The notes under the pieces: model-generated
The model's input: only the letters and a program-made list of their open reading frames with translations
Databases searched by the model: none
What the model was told of the DNA's origin: nothing
Position numbers and translations under genes: made by a program
NCBI GenBank assembly: GCA_965541615.1
Contig: CBEUCJ010000002.1
Span: forward strand, 95,795-159,794
Reading direction: 5' to 3'
DNA: 64,000 bases
Source of the DNA: an uncultured bacterium
Lineage (GTDB): Bacteria; Omnitrophota; Gorgyraeia; Duberdicusellales; CBEUCJ01
Shown here: positions 19,670-30,545 of the stretch, piece after piece
How positions within the stretch are numbered: the first letter of the stretch is position 1
How the letters are laid out: each line of letters starts with the position of its first letter

Positions 19670-22286
19670 TTTAATAAGAGAAAGATTCTTAAAATTCTTT
19701 GAAGAAAAAGGACATAAAGTTTTTAGTTCTGATACTCTTATTCCCCAATCGGACCCCACAGTTTTATTTACTTCTGCAGGCATGAACCAATTTAAAGATT
19801 ATTTTTTGGGGATCAAAAAGGATGTAAAAAGAGCCTGCTCTTGTCAAAAGTGTTTACGCACAGATGATTTAGAAAAAGTAGGAAAGACCCCTTTTCATCA
19901 TACATTTTTTGAAATGTTAGGAAATTTTTCTTTTGGAGATTATTTTAAAAAAGAAGCTATATTATGGGCATGGGAATTTGTAACTAAGGTTTTAGATTTA
20001 CCTACAGATAGATTATGGGTTTCTGTGTATTTAGAAGACGAAGAGTCTTATCAAATATGGAGAAAATTAATAGGAATCCCTAAAGAAAGAATAGTTAAGT
20101 TAGGAGCAGACAAAAACTTTTGGCCAGCATCAGCTCCCTTAAAAGGACCTAATGGTCCATGTGGACCATGTTCAGAGATATTTTTTGATAGAGGTAATCA
20201 ATTTGGTTGCAGAAGACCAGATTGTAGTCCAGCTTGTGATTGTTCAAGATTTGTAGAAGTATGGAATCTGGTCTTTACTCAGTTTAACAGAGTAGATGTG
20301 AATAAGTTAGAACCTTTACCTCAAAAAAACATAGATACAGGTATGGGTTTAGAAAGAATAGCTTGTGTATTGCAACAGAAAAACACGAATTTTGAGATAG
20401 ATATTATAAAGCCCATAGTAGATTTTGTGAGAGAAAAAACTCATCCTCAATATATAAATCCTTATTATACAAATGCTATTGCGGATCACTTGAGAGCCGT
20501 CACTTTTGCAATAGCTGATGGAGTTTTACCTTCCAATGAAGAGAGAGGATATGTTATAAGAAAACTTATCAGAAGAGCTTCTTTCTTTGGGTTTTTAATG
20601 AAAATATATGAACCCTATCTTTATAAAGGAGTATTTTTAGTTTCAAAACTTATGGGAGGAGTCTACAAAGAAATAAAGGAAAAACAAGAAGTTATTTCTC
20701 AAATAGTAAAAAATGAAGAAGAGAAATTCTTAAAAAATTTAGAAAAAGGATACCAAATCTTAGAAGATCTCTATAGAAAAATAAAAGACAAATCTTTATC
20801 TTTAATAAGAGCAGAAGATTGTTTTAAACTTTATGATACTTATGGATTGCCAATAGAAGTTATCAAAGACTTTGCTGATTCTAAAGGTGTAGAAATAGAT
20901 ATCAAAGGATTTGAAAACCTACTTCAAAAGTATAGAGAAGAGACGAGGAAAAAAAGTAAGTTTTCTAAAGAAATATTTAGTTTTGAAAAGTCTGAACTTC
21001 CTAAAACCGAATTTAAAGGTTACCAAACTTTACGTACAGATTCTGTAATCTTAAAAATTATAAAAGATAATGCACAGATAGATACATTAAAAGAAGGAGA
21101 ATATGCAGAGATAATTTTGGATTTGACTCCTTTCTATGCTGAAAGAGGTGGTCAAATACCTGATAAAGGAGTTATAAAAAAGATAGTAGAAGAAAATACT
21201 GTTAGTTTATTCCAGGTAAAAGATGTTCAGTATGAAGGTGAAAGTATCTTACATAAAGGAATCCTTTTGAAAGGAGAATTAAAAGTAAATGATAAGGTCA
21301 AATGTTATGTTGATCAAGATAAAAGAGAAAGTATAAAAAGAGCTCACACTTGCACTCACATTTTGCAAGCAGTTTTAAGGAAAGTTTTAGGTAGTCACGT
21401 AAGACAACAAGGTTCTTTAGTCGCTGAAGATAGATTAAGATTCGATTTTAGTCATTTTAAAGCTTTATCTAAAGATGAATTAAAAACCATTGAAGAAGAA
21501 GTGAACAAAATAATATTAAAAGACTATCCTGTAAAAATAAGATACACTACCTTAGAACAAGCAAAAAAAGAAGGTGCTTTAAGTTTTTTTGAAGAGAAGT
21601 ATGCTGAAATAGTAAGATTGGTAGAGATAGAAAACATAAGTAAAGAACTATGTGGAGGCACTCATGTAGAATCTACAGGTAAAATAGGGTTATTTAAAAT
21701 TATTTCTGAAGAAAGCATTGCTTCTGGTGTTAGAAGGATTGAAGGAGTCTGTGGGATAAAGGCTTTAAAAGAGTACCAACAGCTTCAAGATTTTTTAGAT
21801 ACGATAAAGTTTTTACTAAAGACTTCATCTGAGAAGTTAGCACAAAAAATTCAAGAGTTACTCTCCAGAATAAAAGAGTATGAGAAAAAACAAAAAGATT
21901 TAGAGATTCAAATTTTTTCTTATAAAGCAAAGGATTTAATCTCTAAAGCTGAAAAGGTTCAAGATTATAAATTTTTGTTTTTAGAATTCCAAAATAAATC
22001 TCCTCAAATTTTAAGAAGTTATATGGATTTCTTAAGAAATAATTTTTCTGATTTAATAAGTGTTATTTATCTTAAAAATCCAGAAGGTGTAAATCTTTTT
22101 ATAGGGATAACTAAAGATTTGACTTCAAAATTGAAAGCAGATGAAATTGTGAAAAAAATATCTACATACATTGAAGGAAAAGGAGGTGGAAGAAAAGATT
22201 TTGCCCAAGCTGGGGGAAAAAAGATCTTAGAATCTGAAATTGTAAAAGAGAAAATAAAACAGGAAATTAAAAATGCGCTTTCTTAG
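19659..22286 (+). CDS. alaS: Alanine--tRNA ligase
   Basis: LFTSAGMNQFK, HHTFFEMLGNFSFGDYFK, HTCTH, ELCGGTH, GGGRKDFAQAGG. Confidence 0.98.
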   Translation: MKTDLIRERFLKFFEEKGHKVFSSDTLIPQSDPTVLFTSAGMNQFKDYFLGIKKDVKRACSCQKCLRTDDLEKVGKTPFHHTFFEMLGNFSFGDYFKKEAILWAWEFVTKVLDLPTDRLWVSVYLEDEESYQIWRKLIGIPKERIVKLGADKNFWPASAPLKGPNGPCGPCSEIFFDRGNQFGCRRPDCSPACDCSRFVEVWNLVFTQFNRVDVNKLEPLPQKNIDTGMGLERIACVLQQKNTNFEIDIIKPIVDFVREKTHPQYINPYYTNAIADHLRAVTFAIADGVLPSNEERGYVIRKLIRRASFFGFLMKIYEPYLYKGVFLVSKLMGGVYKEIKEKQEVISQIVKNEEEKFLKNLEKGYQILEDLYRKIKDKSLSLIRAEDCFKLYDTYGLPIEVIKDFADSKGVEIDIKGFENLLQKYREETRKKSKFSKEIFSFEKSELPKTEFKGYQTLRTDSVILKIIKDNAQIDTLKEGEYAEIILDLTPFYAERGGQIPDKGVIKKIVEENTVSLFQVKDVQYEGESILHKGILLKGELKVNDKVKCYVDQDKRESIKRAHTCTHILQAVLRKVLGSHVRQQGSLVAEDRLRFDFSHFKALSKDELKTIEEEVNKIILKDYPVKIRYTTLEQAKKEGALSFFEEKYAEIVRLVEIENISKELCGGTHVESTGKIGLFKIISEESIASGVRRIEGVCGIKALKEYQQLQDFLDTIKFLLKTSSEKLAQKIQELLSRIKEYEKKQKDLEIQIFSYKAKDLISKAEKVQDYKFLFLEFQNKSPQILRSYMDFLRNNFSDLISVIYLKNPEGVNLFIGITKDLTSKLKADEIVKKISTYIEGKGGGRKDFAQAGGKKILESEIVKEKIKQEIKNALS

Positions 22287-23520
22287 ATATACTAGCAAAG
22301 AATTTGAAAAAATCTGCCAAAGGAGATTCTTTATAAAGAAAAAAGTTTCTCAAACTGTAAGGCAGATATTAGAAGATGTAAGAAAATATGGTGATAAAGC
22401 TTTAATTTATTATACAAAAAAGTTTGATAAGGTAGTTTTAAAAGTAAAAGATTTAAAAGTAACTGAATCTGAAATTTCAGGTGCTTTTCAAAACATAGAT
22501 TCAGAATTTTTAGGATGTCTAAAGAAGATAATTCAACTTGTTAGTAATTTTTATAAAGTTCAACTTAAAAACTTTAAATTCAAGGTTAAAACAGAGCAAG
22601 GTTCTTTAATCCAAGAGAAGTTTTTTCCTTTAGAATCTGTGGGAATTTATGTTCCTTGTGGTCAAGCTCCTTTAATCTCTACTGTTTACATGACAGCTAT
22701 TCCTGCTAACATAGCAGGAGTAAAAAGAATAGTTTTGGTTTCACCCCCTGATAAAAATGGAAAGATACATCCTTACATTTTAGTTGTGGCTTCTTTATTA
22801 AAAATAAAAGAGATCTATAAAGTAGGAGGAGCTCAAAGTATAGGAGCTTTAGCTTTTGGAACAAAGACTATAAAATCTGTGGATAAAATAATAGGACCAG
22901 GAGGAGTTTATGTAACAGAAGCAAAACGTCAAGTTTATGGATTTGTAGATATAGATATGTTAGCAGGACCTTCAGAGTTAGTAATTTTAGCTTCAGATGA
23001 AGTAAACTTTGAATGGGTAACTCAAGACTTAAAAGCACAAGCCGAACACATAAATGGAGAAGTCTTTTTGATTACAGATTCTAAAAAATTAGCAAATTAT
23101 GTAAAAAATAGAGTTAATACAGGTTTCATAATTATGGTGAGAGATTTAGAAGTAGGAGCAGATATAGTAAATAAACTTGCACCTGAGCATTTACAGATCA
23201 TGGTTAAGAATCCTAAGAAAATATTAAAATTGATAAGAAACTGTGGAGCTATTTTTGTTGGTGAATATTCGCCTACGGTCGTTGGTGATTACATAGCAGG
23301 TCCTTCACATGTTTTGCCTACATTTGGCACAGCAAGATTTTTTTCAGACTTGAATATATATCAATTTTTAAAAAGCCTTCATATTATAGAATACTCTAAA
23401 AAGGAGTTAGAAGAAAATAAAAGACTCATCGAAAAGATAGCCACTTTAGAAGGGATGGAAGAACACAAAAAAAGCATAGAAATAAGATTTTCTCATGAGA
23501 AAGATAAGTCTGCAGCGTAA
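22273..23520 (+). CDS. hisD: Histidinol dehydrogenase
   Basis: VGIYVP, GGAQSIGALAFGT, IDMLAGPSE, QAEH, APEHL, GDYIAGPSHVLPT. Confidence 0.96.
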   Translation: MRFLRYTSKEFEKICQRRFFIKKKVSQTVRQILEDVRKYGDKALIYYTKKFDKVVLKVKDLKVTESEISGAFQNIDSEFLGCLKKIIQLVSNFYKVQLKNFKFKVKTEQGSLIQEKFFPLESVGIYVPCGQAPLISTVYMTAIPANIAGVKRIVLVSPPDKNGKIHPYILVVASLLKIKEIYKVGGAQSIGALAFGTKTIKSVDKIIGPGGVYVTEAKRQVYGFVDIDMLAGPSELVILASDEVNFEWVTQDLKAQAEHINGEVFLITDSKKLANYVKNRVNTGFIIMVRDLEVGADIVNKLAPEHLQIMVKNPKKILKLIRNCGAIFVGEYSPTVVGDYIAGPSHVLPTFGTARFFSDLNIYQFLKSLHIIEYSKKELEENKRLIEKIATLEGMEEHKKSIEIRFSHEKDKSAA

Positions 23521-24088
23521 GACAAAAGAGACTTTAATTAAAATTAATCTGGTTATAGAAGGAAAGGGTAGATATAAAATCAGAACTACCAATCCTTTCT
23601 TTGACCATATGTTAGAGTTATTTAGTTTTTGGGGATCGTTTAACTTAAAGTTAGAAGCTCATCAATCTAAAGAGTTAGATTTTCATCATCTAAATGAAGA
23701 TATAGGAATAGCTTTAGGTCAAGCTTTTTTAAAGATCCTTAAAAAAGAAAAAAATATTAAAAGATATTCTTCTAAAATTATTCCTATGGATGGAAGTTTG
23801 GTTAGATTAGCTTTAGATATTAGTGGAAGACCTGGTATCTATCTGGATTTAGGAAAGGCAAAAAAGTTTTTTTTAAAGAACATTGAGAACTACAATTTAA
23901 ACCTTTTAAGACAATTCTTAAAAGCTTTTACAGATAACTTTAAGGTTACTTTACATGTAGATATATTGAAAGCAGATGATGCCCATCATGTAATAGAAGC
24001 TATTTTTAAAGGATTAGGACAAGTTTTAAAAGAAGCACTTTCGTGTGAATCTGGTAGAAAGCTACCTTCTACAAAAGGAAAATTATGA
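23495..24088 (+). CDS. hisB: Imidazoleglycerol-phosphate dehydratase
   Basis: RKTKET, FFDHML, HHLNEDIG, HHVIEAIFK, PSTKG. Confidence 0.93.
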   Translation: MRKISLQRKTKETLIKINLVIEGKGRYKIRTTNPFFDHMLELFSFWGSFNLKLEAHQSKELDFHHLNEDIGIALGQAFLKILKKEKNIKRYSSKIIPMDGSLVRLALDISGRPGIYLDLGKAKKFFLKNIENYNLNLLRQFLKAFTDNFKVTLHVDILKADDAHHVIEAIFKGLGQVLKEALSCESGRKLPSTKGKL

Positions 24089-24678
24089 TAACACTGATAG
24101 ACTATGGAGCTGGAAATCTCTTTTCATTAAAGAATGCTTTCTGTAGTTTGGGATTTTTAGCTAAGACTACTCGTTCTAAAAGAGAAATAAGAAGAGCAAA
24201 AGTTTTAGTTTTACCAGGGGTAGGTTCTTTCAAGAAGACTATAGAAAACTTAAAAAGTTTTGGTATTTTAGAAGTTATATTAAAAGAAGTTTTGGAAAAG
24301 AAAAAACCTTTTTTAGGAATTTGTTTAGGCCTCCAGATTTTTTTTGAAGAAAGCCAAGAAGGAGATACTAAGGGTTTGGGTATTTTTAAAGGGAAGGTAA
24401 AAAGGTTTAGAGGAATAATAACCCCTCATATGGGATGGAATCAGGTTAAGATCTTAAAAGATAGTAAAATTTTTAGAGGGATAAAAGATGGTGAATTTTT
24501 TTATTTCTGCCATTCTTACTATGCACCTTTAACCCCTTTTACTGTAGGAGTAACCAATTATAAAGTTAATTTTTCTAGTATAATCCTAAAAGAAAACATT
24601 TTACTTACTCAGTTTCATCCAGAAAAAAGTCAAAAAGCAGGATTGAAATTTTTAAAAAATTTTTTAAAGATATGTTGA
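24085..24678 (+). CDS. hisH: Imidazole glycerol phosphate synthase subunit HisH
   Basis: DYGAGNL, LPGVG, GICLGLQ, PHMGWN, QFHPEKS. Confidence 0.96.
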   Translation: MITLIDYGAGNLFSLKNAFCSLGFLAKTTRSKREIRRAKVLVLPGVGSFKKTIENLKSFGILEVILKEVLEKKKPFLGICLGLQIFFEESQEGDTKGLGIFKGKVKRFRGIITPHMGWNQVKILKDSKIFRGIKDGEFFYFCHSYYAPLTPFTVGVTNYKVNFSSIILKENILLTQFHPEKSQKAGLKFLKNFLKIC

Positions 24679-25382
24679 TAATTCCAGCTATAGATATTTT
24701 AGATAAAAAAGTAGTCAGACTTTATCAAGGAAGAAAAGATAGAATCTTTTTTTACTCAGCTTCACCTTTAGAAAAAATAAAAGAATTCAGTTCTTTGGGG
24801 ATAAAACTCGTGCATATAGTAGATTTAAATGGAGCCTTAGAAAACGCCCCTCAATTTTCACTATTAGAAGAAATATCCAAAAACATAGATATAGAATTTT
24901 TCTGGGCAGGAGGCTTAAGGACAAGAGAACGTATTTTAAAAGCCATAGACTTAGGTGCAAAGAAGGTGGTCGTTAGTTCTTTAATAAAAGACATTGAAAA
25001 ATTTGAAAAAATAATTCAAGGTTTACAGGATAAAATAATAGTTTCCTTAGATGTAAAAGAGGATAAGATTTATATAAAAGGATGGAAAGAAAGTTTAAAT
25101 GCAGATTTTAAAGATATAGTTCAAAAATTAAAGGATCTTGGGATAAAAGAGTTTATAATAACAGATATCGAAAAAGATGGCACTTTAAGTGGGTTAAATA
25201 TAGAAAAGTTCAAAAATTTATTAAAAGATCTTAAAGCACATTTTTATATTGCAGGAGGCATTACTAAAAAAGAAGATATATTAACATTAAAAGATGAATT
25301 AAAAAACTTAAAAGGAGTAATCATTGGAAGAGCTTTGTATGAAGGAAGATTAAATTTAAAAGACTTAATAAAGACATGTTAG
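24672..25382 (+). CDS. hisA: ProFAR isomerase HisA
   Basis: [42 protein letters not shown]. Confidence 0.95.
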   Translation: MLIIPAIDILDKKVVRLYQGRKDRIFFYSASPLEKIKEFSSLGIKLVHIVDLNGALENAPQFSLLEEISKNIDIEFFWAGGLRTRERILKAIDLGAKKVVVSSLIKDIEKFEKIIQGLQDKIIVSLDVKEDKIYIKGWKESLNADFKDIVQKLKDLGIKEFIITDIEKDGTLSGLNIEKFKNLLKDLKAHFYIAGGITKKEDILTLKDELKNLKGVIIGRALYEGRLNLKDLIKTC

Positions 25383-26146
25383 CAAAAAGAATTATTCCTT
25401 GTTTAGATGTAGACAAAGGTAGGGTAGTAAAAGGTGTAAAATTTAAAAATTTAAAAGATGCTGGTTCAGTAGTAAAAAATGCTCTATTTTATGATAAAGA
25501 AGGAGCAGATGAATTGGTATTTTTGGATATAACTGCCAGTTATGAAAAAAGAAAACCTATTATAGACGTTATAAGAATGTGTGCCGAGGTGGTCTTTATT
25601 CCTTTAACAGTAGGAGGTGGTATTAGAAGTTTAAAAGATATAAGAGCACTCTTAAAAGCAGGAGCAGATAAGGTTTCAGTTAACACTTATGCTGTTAAAA
25701 ATCCTGAGTTAATAAAAGAAGCTTCAGAGACTGTAGGGAGTCAATCTGTAGTAGTAGCTATAGATGCTAAAAAGAAGATTAAAAATAGAAAAATTATGTG
25801 GGAAGTATATATAAATGGAGGCAGAACTCCTACAGGATTAGATGCTTTAAAATGGGCAGAACGTGTTCAAAAATTAGGGGCAGGAGAAATTCTTTTGACT
25901 AGTATAGATTATGATGGTACAAAATCAGGTTTTGATATTCAACTTACTTCCAAGATTTCAAAGATTGTAGATATTCCAGTCATTGCTTCAGGAGGAGCAG
26001 GAGAACCTTCTCATTTTTTAGAAGTTTTCAAAAAAACAAGAGCTCAAGCTGCTTTAGCTGCTTCTATATTCCACTTTAGGCAATACACAATAAGAGAGGT
26101 AAAAGAGTTTTTAAAAGAAAGGGGGGTAAATGTCAGATTGGATTAA
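25376..26146 (+). CDS. hisF: Imidazole glycerol phosphate synthase subunit HisF
   Basis: [35 protein letters not shown]. Confidence 0.97.
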   Translation: MLAKRIIPCLDVDKGRVVKGVKFKNLKDAGSVVKNALFYDKEGADELVFLDITASYEKRKPIIDVIRMCAEVVFIPLTVGGGIRSLKDIRALLKAGADKVSVNTYAVKNPELIKEASETVGSQSVVVAIDAKKKIKNRKIMWEVYINGGRTPTGLDALKWAERVQKLGAGEILLTSIDYDGTKSGFDIQLTSKISKIVDIPVIASGGAGEPSHFLEVFKKTRAQAALAASIFHFRQYTIREVKEFLKERGVNVRLD

Positions 26147-26459
26147 AGAACTAAAATTTGATGAAAAAGGGCTAATCCCTGCTATAATTCAAGACTATAA
26201 GACAAACCAAGTTCTAATGTTAGCTTATATGAATAAAGAATCTTTAAAGAAGACTTTAGAACTTAAAAAAACTTGCTTTTGGTCAAGATCAAGAAAAAAA
26301 CTTTGGGTAAAGGGTGAGACTTCTGGAAATTTTCAATTTGTAAAAGAGATTTATTATGATTGTGATAAAGATGCTTTGTTAATAAAAGTGGAGCAGGTAG
26401 GTCCTGCTTGTCATACAAAAAATAAGAGTTGCTTTTTTACAAAAGTTTATGAAGCTTGA
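26130..26459 (+). CDS. hisI: Phosphoribosyl-AMP cyclohydrolase
   Basis: [23 protein letters not shown]...SCF. Confidence 0.96.
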   Translation: MSDWIKELKFDEKGLIPAIIQDYKTNQVLMLAYMNKESLKKTLELKKTCFWSRSRKKLWVKGETSGNFQFVKEIYYDCDKDALLIKVEQVGPACHTKNKSCFFTKVYEA

Positions 26460-27855
26460 TTTAAAGATAAAAGAGATCTCTGAAGATGTTATTAATCCTG
26501 TAAACCTTTATGATATTTTAAGAAGTTCTGAATACAGCTTTTTATTAGAATCTGCTGAAGGTCAAGAGAAAATAGGCAGGTTTTCAATCTTAGGGTACAA
26601 GCCTTTATATATATTTAGATTAAAAAAAAGGACATGCATTTTAGATAAATTATTTTTTAAAAAAGAGAGAAAAATTTTCACAATTTCAGACCCCTTTCTT
26701 CCATTAAGAGAAATCCTTGGTAAGTTTTCTTTAAAAGCAGATACTATAAAAGAGCTTCCATTTATAGGTGGTTGGGTAGGATTTATAGGATATGAGGTAG
26801 TCAATTTTTTTGAACCAGTAAAACCTGCTCCATTAGATATTCTGAATTTTTTTGACATTTTTTTAATTTTTCCTAAAATTATATTTATTTTTGATCATTT
26901 TAAAAGAAGACTTTTCTTAATAAATGTTTTGGGAAATACAGGTGAGTTGAAAAGTATCTTAAAGAAAATTGAGAAGAAGTCTAGTTTAAAACCAGTTAAT
27001 TTAGAAAAGAAAAAAAATCTGAAATTTGTTTCTAATTTTAGAAAAGCAGAATTTTTAGAAATAGTTAAAAAAGCTAAGAAAATGATAACAGAAGGTGAAA
27101 TTATTCAAGTAGTATTATCTCAAATATTTAAATGTAAAGCTCAAATAGATCCATTTATAACTTACAGAATCTTAAGAATACTAAATCCTTCTCCTTATAT
27201 GTTCTTTTTAAAATTCTCAGATCAGGTTCTCTTTGGATCTTCTCCTGAAATGCTAGTGAAAGTGAAAGATAAAAAAGTGTATACAAGACCAATCGCTGGT
27301 ACAAGACCTAGAGGTAGAGATGAAAAAGAGGAAGAGATTTTAGAGAAAGAGCTAATAAATTCTGAAAAAGAAAGAGCCGAACACATAATGCTTGTAGATT
27401 TAGGAAGAAATGATTTAGGAAGAGTTTCCAAACAAGGAAGTGTAAAAGTAGATGTTTTAATGAAAATAGAAAAGTACTCTCATGTCATGCATATTGTGAG
27501 CCAAGTTTCAGGAGAGTTAGATAAAAATAAAGACATTTTCGATGCTTTACAGAGTTGTTTTCCAGCAGGCACAGTGACTGGTGCTCCAAAAGTAAGAGCG
27601 ATGCAAATAATAAGTGAATTAGAAAAAGTCCAAAGAGGTCCTTATGCAGGATGTGTAGGATATTTTGATGTAAGGAATACTGCAGATACTTGCATAACAA
27701 TAAGGTCAGTTGTAAATAAAGGTAATTCTTTTTTTGTTCAAGCAGGAGCAGGTATTGTATATGATTCAGTTCCTTTAAAAGAACACTATGAGATTTTAAA
27801 AAAAGCTCAAGCTCAAATTTTAGCTTTGGAGATTGCTAAATCAAACAGGAGGTAA
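26449..27855 (+). CDS. trpE: Anthranilate synthase component I (TrpE-like)
   Basis: [46 protein letters not shown]. No trpG adjacent; PabB not fully excluded. Confidence 0.85.
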   Translation: MKLDLKIKEISEDVINPVNLYDILRSSEYSFLLESAEGQEKIGRFSILGYKPLYIFRLKKRTCILDKLFFKKERKIFTISDPFLPLREILGKFSLKADTIKELPFIGGWVGFIGYEVVNFFEPVKPAPLDILNFFDIFLIFPKIIFIFDHFKRRLFLINVLGNTGELKSILKKIEKKSSLKPVNLEKKKNLKFVSNFRKAEFLEIVKKAKKMITEGEIIQVVLSQIFKCKAQIDPFITYRILRILNPSPYMFFLKFSDQVLFGSSPEMLVKVKDKKVYTRPIAGTRPRGRDEKEEEILEKELINSEKERAEHIMLVDLGRNDLGRVSKQGSVKVDVLMKIEKYSHVMHIVSQVSGELDKNKDIFDALQSCFPAGTVTGAPKVRAMQIISELEKVQRGPYAGCVGYFDVRNTADTCITIRSVVNKGNSFFVQAGAGIVYDSVPLKEHYEILKKAQAQILALEIAKSNRR

Positions 27856-27860
27856 AAGAT

Positions 27861-28124
27861 ATGTTGAGGATAAGATTAAGAAAACCTGCTAAATGCATAA
27901 AACATAGGTACCATTTTAAAATAGTAGTAGCAGATGCCAGAGAATCTAGAGAAGGAAGATTTGTAGAAGAAGTAGGTTACTATGATCCTGCAAATGATCT
28001 TTTAAAGATGGATTTAGAAAAGATCCAAGATTGGATTAAAAAAGGAGCTCAACCTACAGAGACTGTGAAATCTTTAATTAAGAGGTATAAAAAGTTGTTA
28101 AAATCCAAAGAAAATGCAGACTGA
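27861..28124 (+). CDS. rpsP: 30S ribosomal protein S16
   Basis: IVVADAR..REGRFVEEVGYYDP, WIKKGAQPTETV; GGAGG RBS. Confidence 0.95.
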   Translation: MLRIRLRKPAKCIKHRYHFKIVVADARESREGRFVEEVGYYDPANDLLKMDLEKIQDWIKKGAQPTETVKSLIKRYKKLLKSKENAD

Positions 28125-28383
28125 GCCTAATATACTTTTAAGTTTTTTACCTTTAATTTTTATATTTTTAATATTTTATTTTCTTTTAATAAGACCTCAA
28201 ATCCAAGAAAGAAAAAAACACCAAGCTATGATCTCTTCATTGAAGAAAAATGATAAGGTAGTTACAATTGGAGGCATTTATGGGGTAGTAGTAAATGTAA
28301 AAGAAAAAACAGTTATTTTAAGAGTATCAGACAACGTTAAGATAGAGGTAGATAAAAACTGTATCTCTCACAAAGTAGAATGA
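28114..28383 (+). CDS. yajC: Preprotein translocase subunit YajC
   Basis: FYFLLIRPQ, LKKNDKVVTIGGIYG. Confidence 0.95.
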   Translation: MQTEPNILLSFLPLIFIFLIFYFLLIRPQIQERKKHQAMISSLKKNDKVVTIGGIYGVVVNVKEKTVILRVSDNVKIEVDKNCISHKVE

Positions 28384-30545
28384 GAAATAGAGGTTTGTTA
28401 TTTAGATTTCTTGGTTGTATATTGTTTTTGAGTCTTTGCTTTTTTTCTTTCTGGCCTCCCGCAAAAAAAATAAATTTAGGTTTAGATTTAAAAGGAGGCA
28501 TGCACCTAATTTTAAAAGTAGATACCAAATCTCTTCCAAAAGAGAAAGTAAAAGAATCTGCTCAAATAGCTGCAGAGGTTTTAAGAAACAGAATAGATGC
28601 TTTTGGAGTAAAAGAGCCTGTGATTCAAACACAGGGTTCTCAAAGGATATTAATTCAACTCCCAGGTATAGTAGATAGAGAACGTGCTTTAAAGATCATA
28701 GGTCAGACTGCTTTATTAGAATTTAAGTTAGTCGAAGACTCTCCTCAAAAGATAGAAGCTGCTCTTAAAGGAAAGATACCTCAAGGTTGGGAATTAAAAG
28801 AATTTAAAGGAACAAAAGTCTTAATTAAAAAGGAGCCTGAAATTACAGGTAAGTATCTAAAAGATGCTAGAGTAAGAATTAATCCAGAGAGTTTCAATAT
28901 GTATGAAGTAACTTTAGAGTTTAACTCTCAAGGAGCTAAAAAGTTTTATGAGATAACAAAAAAGAATATAGGAAAAAGGTTAGCTATAGTCTTGGATGGA
29001 AAGATTAAATCTATGCCCGTAATTAGAGAAGAAATTCCTGGAGGCAAAGCTCAGATAACTGGTGACTTTACTTATCAAGAAGCTGAAGATTTAGCCATCG
29101 TTTTAAAAGCTGGAGCTTTGCCTTGCTCTTTAAAGATCGAAGAAGAAAGGACAGTAGGTCCTCTTTTAGGAAAAGATTCCATTACTGCAGGAATCAAAGC
29201 TTGTATATGGGGAGCAATATTAGTTTGTGGATACATGATATTTTATTACTGGATATTTGGATTACTCTCTATTTTGGGAATAATAAGTGTTTTAATAATT
29301 ATATTAGGAGGTTTGGGTTATTTTGGAGCTACTTTGACCTTGCCAGGAATAGCTGGAATAATTTTAACTTTGGGAATGTGCGTAGATGCAAATATTTTAA
29401 TTTTTGAAAGAATAAAAGAAGAAAGAAAACTCAAAAAATCTGTAGAGTTTTCTATTAAGAGTGGTTTTAGGAGAGCTTTAAAGACTATATTAGATGCTAA
29501 TATAACCACTTTAATAGCTGCTTTTTTCCTTTTCCAATTTGGTACAGGTCCTATAAAAGGATTTGCTTTAACTTTAAGTATTGGGATTTTAGCTACTCTT
29601 TTTACTGCTCTTATTTTTCTAAGAGTAATTTTAGAATTTTTAGTAGAAAACAGAATATTAAAAGAGGTTAGGATGTTAGATGTATTTAGCAATTTTAATA
29701 TAAATTTTTTAAAACATAGAAGAGTATTTTTGGCGCTATCTTCAATAATAATTTTGGCAGGTATTTTTTTATTTTTCAAAAAACAAAAAGAAATCTATGG
29801 CTTAGACTTTAGTGGTGGACAACTAATAGAATTAAAGTTTGAAAATATTCAAAATCCTTTAAAATTAAGAAAAATTTTAGATAGTGCTAATATAAAAGAT
29901 GTTAAGATTCAGCAGTATAAAGAATTTCCTCAAATAATAGCTTTGAAGGCTTCTGCAGATATTTTTAAAAAAGTTGTGAAAGTTTTTAATCTGAATTTAA
30001 AAGAGAAATTTCAAGTTCTTCGTATAGAAAAAGTAGGTCCTGTAGTTGGAAGGGAATTAAAAAAGAAGGCAATAAAAGCTATTATTTTTGCATTAGGAGG
30101 GATTTTAATTTATGTAGGTTTTAGATTTAAGCACTTTAGTTTTGGATTAGCAGGAGTCATAGCTCTTTTTCATGATGTATTTGTGACTTTAAGTGGTCTT
30201 CTTTTCACAAATAGACTTTTAGATCTTTTAATAATAACAGCTTTTTTAACTATAGCTGGATACTCAATAAATGATACTATAGTAGTCTATGATAGAATAA
30301 GAGAACTTATAATGCGTAGCAAAAAAGAACCTTTAATTTCAGTAATAAATAAAGCTATAAATCAAACTTTATCTAGAACCCTTAATACTTCTTTAACTAC
30401 TATTTTGGTAGTCTTATCTCTTTATTTATTTGGAGGAAGAGTCCTAAATGATTTTGCCTTCTCTTTACTCGTAGGGTTTGTTGCTGGCACTTACTCTTCA
30501 ATCTACATAGCCTCCTCCCTAGTTCTCTTTTTTGAAAAAAAATGA
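28380..30545 (+). CDS. secDF: Fused protein translocase SecDF
   Basis: NLGLDLKGG, LPGIAGIILTLGM.VDANILIFERI (SecD), then GLDFSGG and GYSINDTIVVYDRIRE (SecF). Confidence 0.95.
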   Translation: MRNRGLLFRFLGCILFLSLCFFSFWPPAKKINLGLDLKGGMHLILKVDTKSLPKEKVKESAQIAAEVLRNRIDAFGVKEPVIQTQGSQRILIQLPGIVDRERALKIIGQTALLEFKLVEDSPQKIEAALKGKIPQGWELKEFKGTKVLIKKEPEITGKYLKDARVRINPESFNMYEVTLEFNSQGAKKFYEITKKNIGKRLAIVLDGKIKSMPVIREEIPGGKAQITGDFTYQEAEDLAIVLKAGALPCSLKIEEERTVGPLLGKDSITAGIKACIWGAILVCGYMIFYYWIFGLLSILGIISVLIIILGGLGYFGATLTLPGIAGIILTLGMCVDANILIFERIKEERKLKKSVEFSIKSGFRRALKTILDANITTLIAAFFLFQFGTGPIKGFALTLSIGILATLFTALIFLRVILEFLVENRILKEVRMLDVFSNFNINFLKHRRVFLALSSIIILAGIFLFFKKQKEIYGLDFSGGQLIELKFENIQNPLKLRKILDSANIKDVKIQQYKEFPQIIALKASADIFKKVVKVFNLNLKEKFQVLRIEKVGPVVGRELKKKAIKAIIFALGGILIYVGFRFKHFSFGLAGVIALFHDVFVTLSGLLFTNRLLDLLIITAFLTIAGYSINDTIVVYDRIRELIMRSKKEPLISVINKAINQTLSRTLNTSLTTILVVLSLYLFGGRVLNDFAFSLLVGFVAGTYSSIYIASSLVLFFEKK

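Noticed and set aside
28380-30545. SecD-SecF fusion as a novelty
   Set aside because: Fused SecDF is common (e.g. Bacillus, Thermus, Chlamydia).
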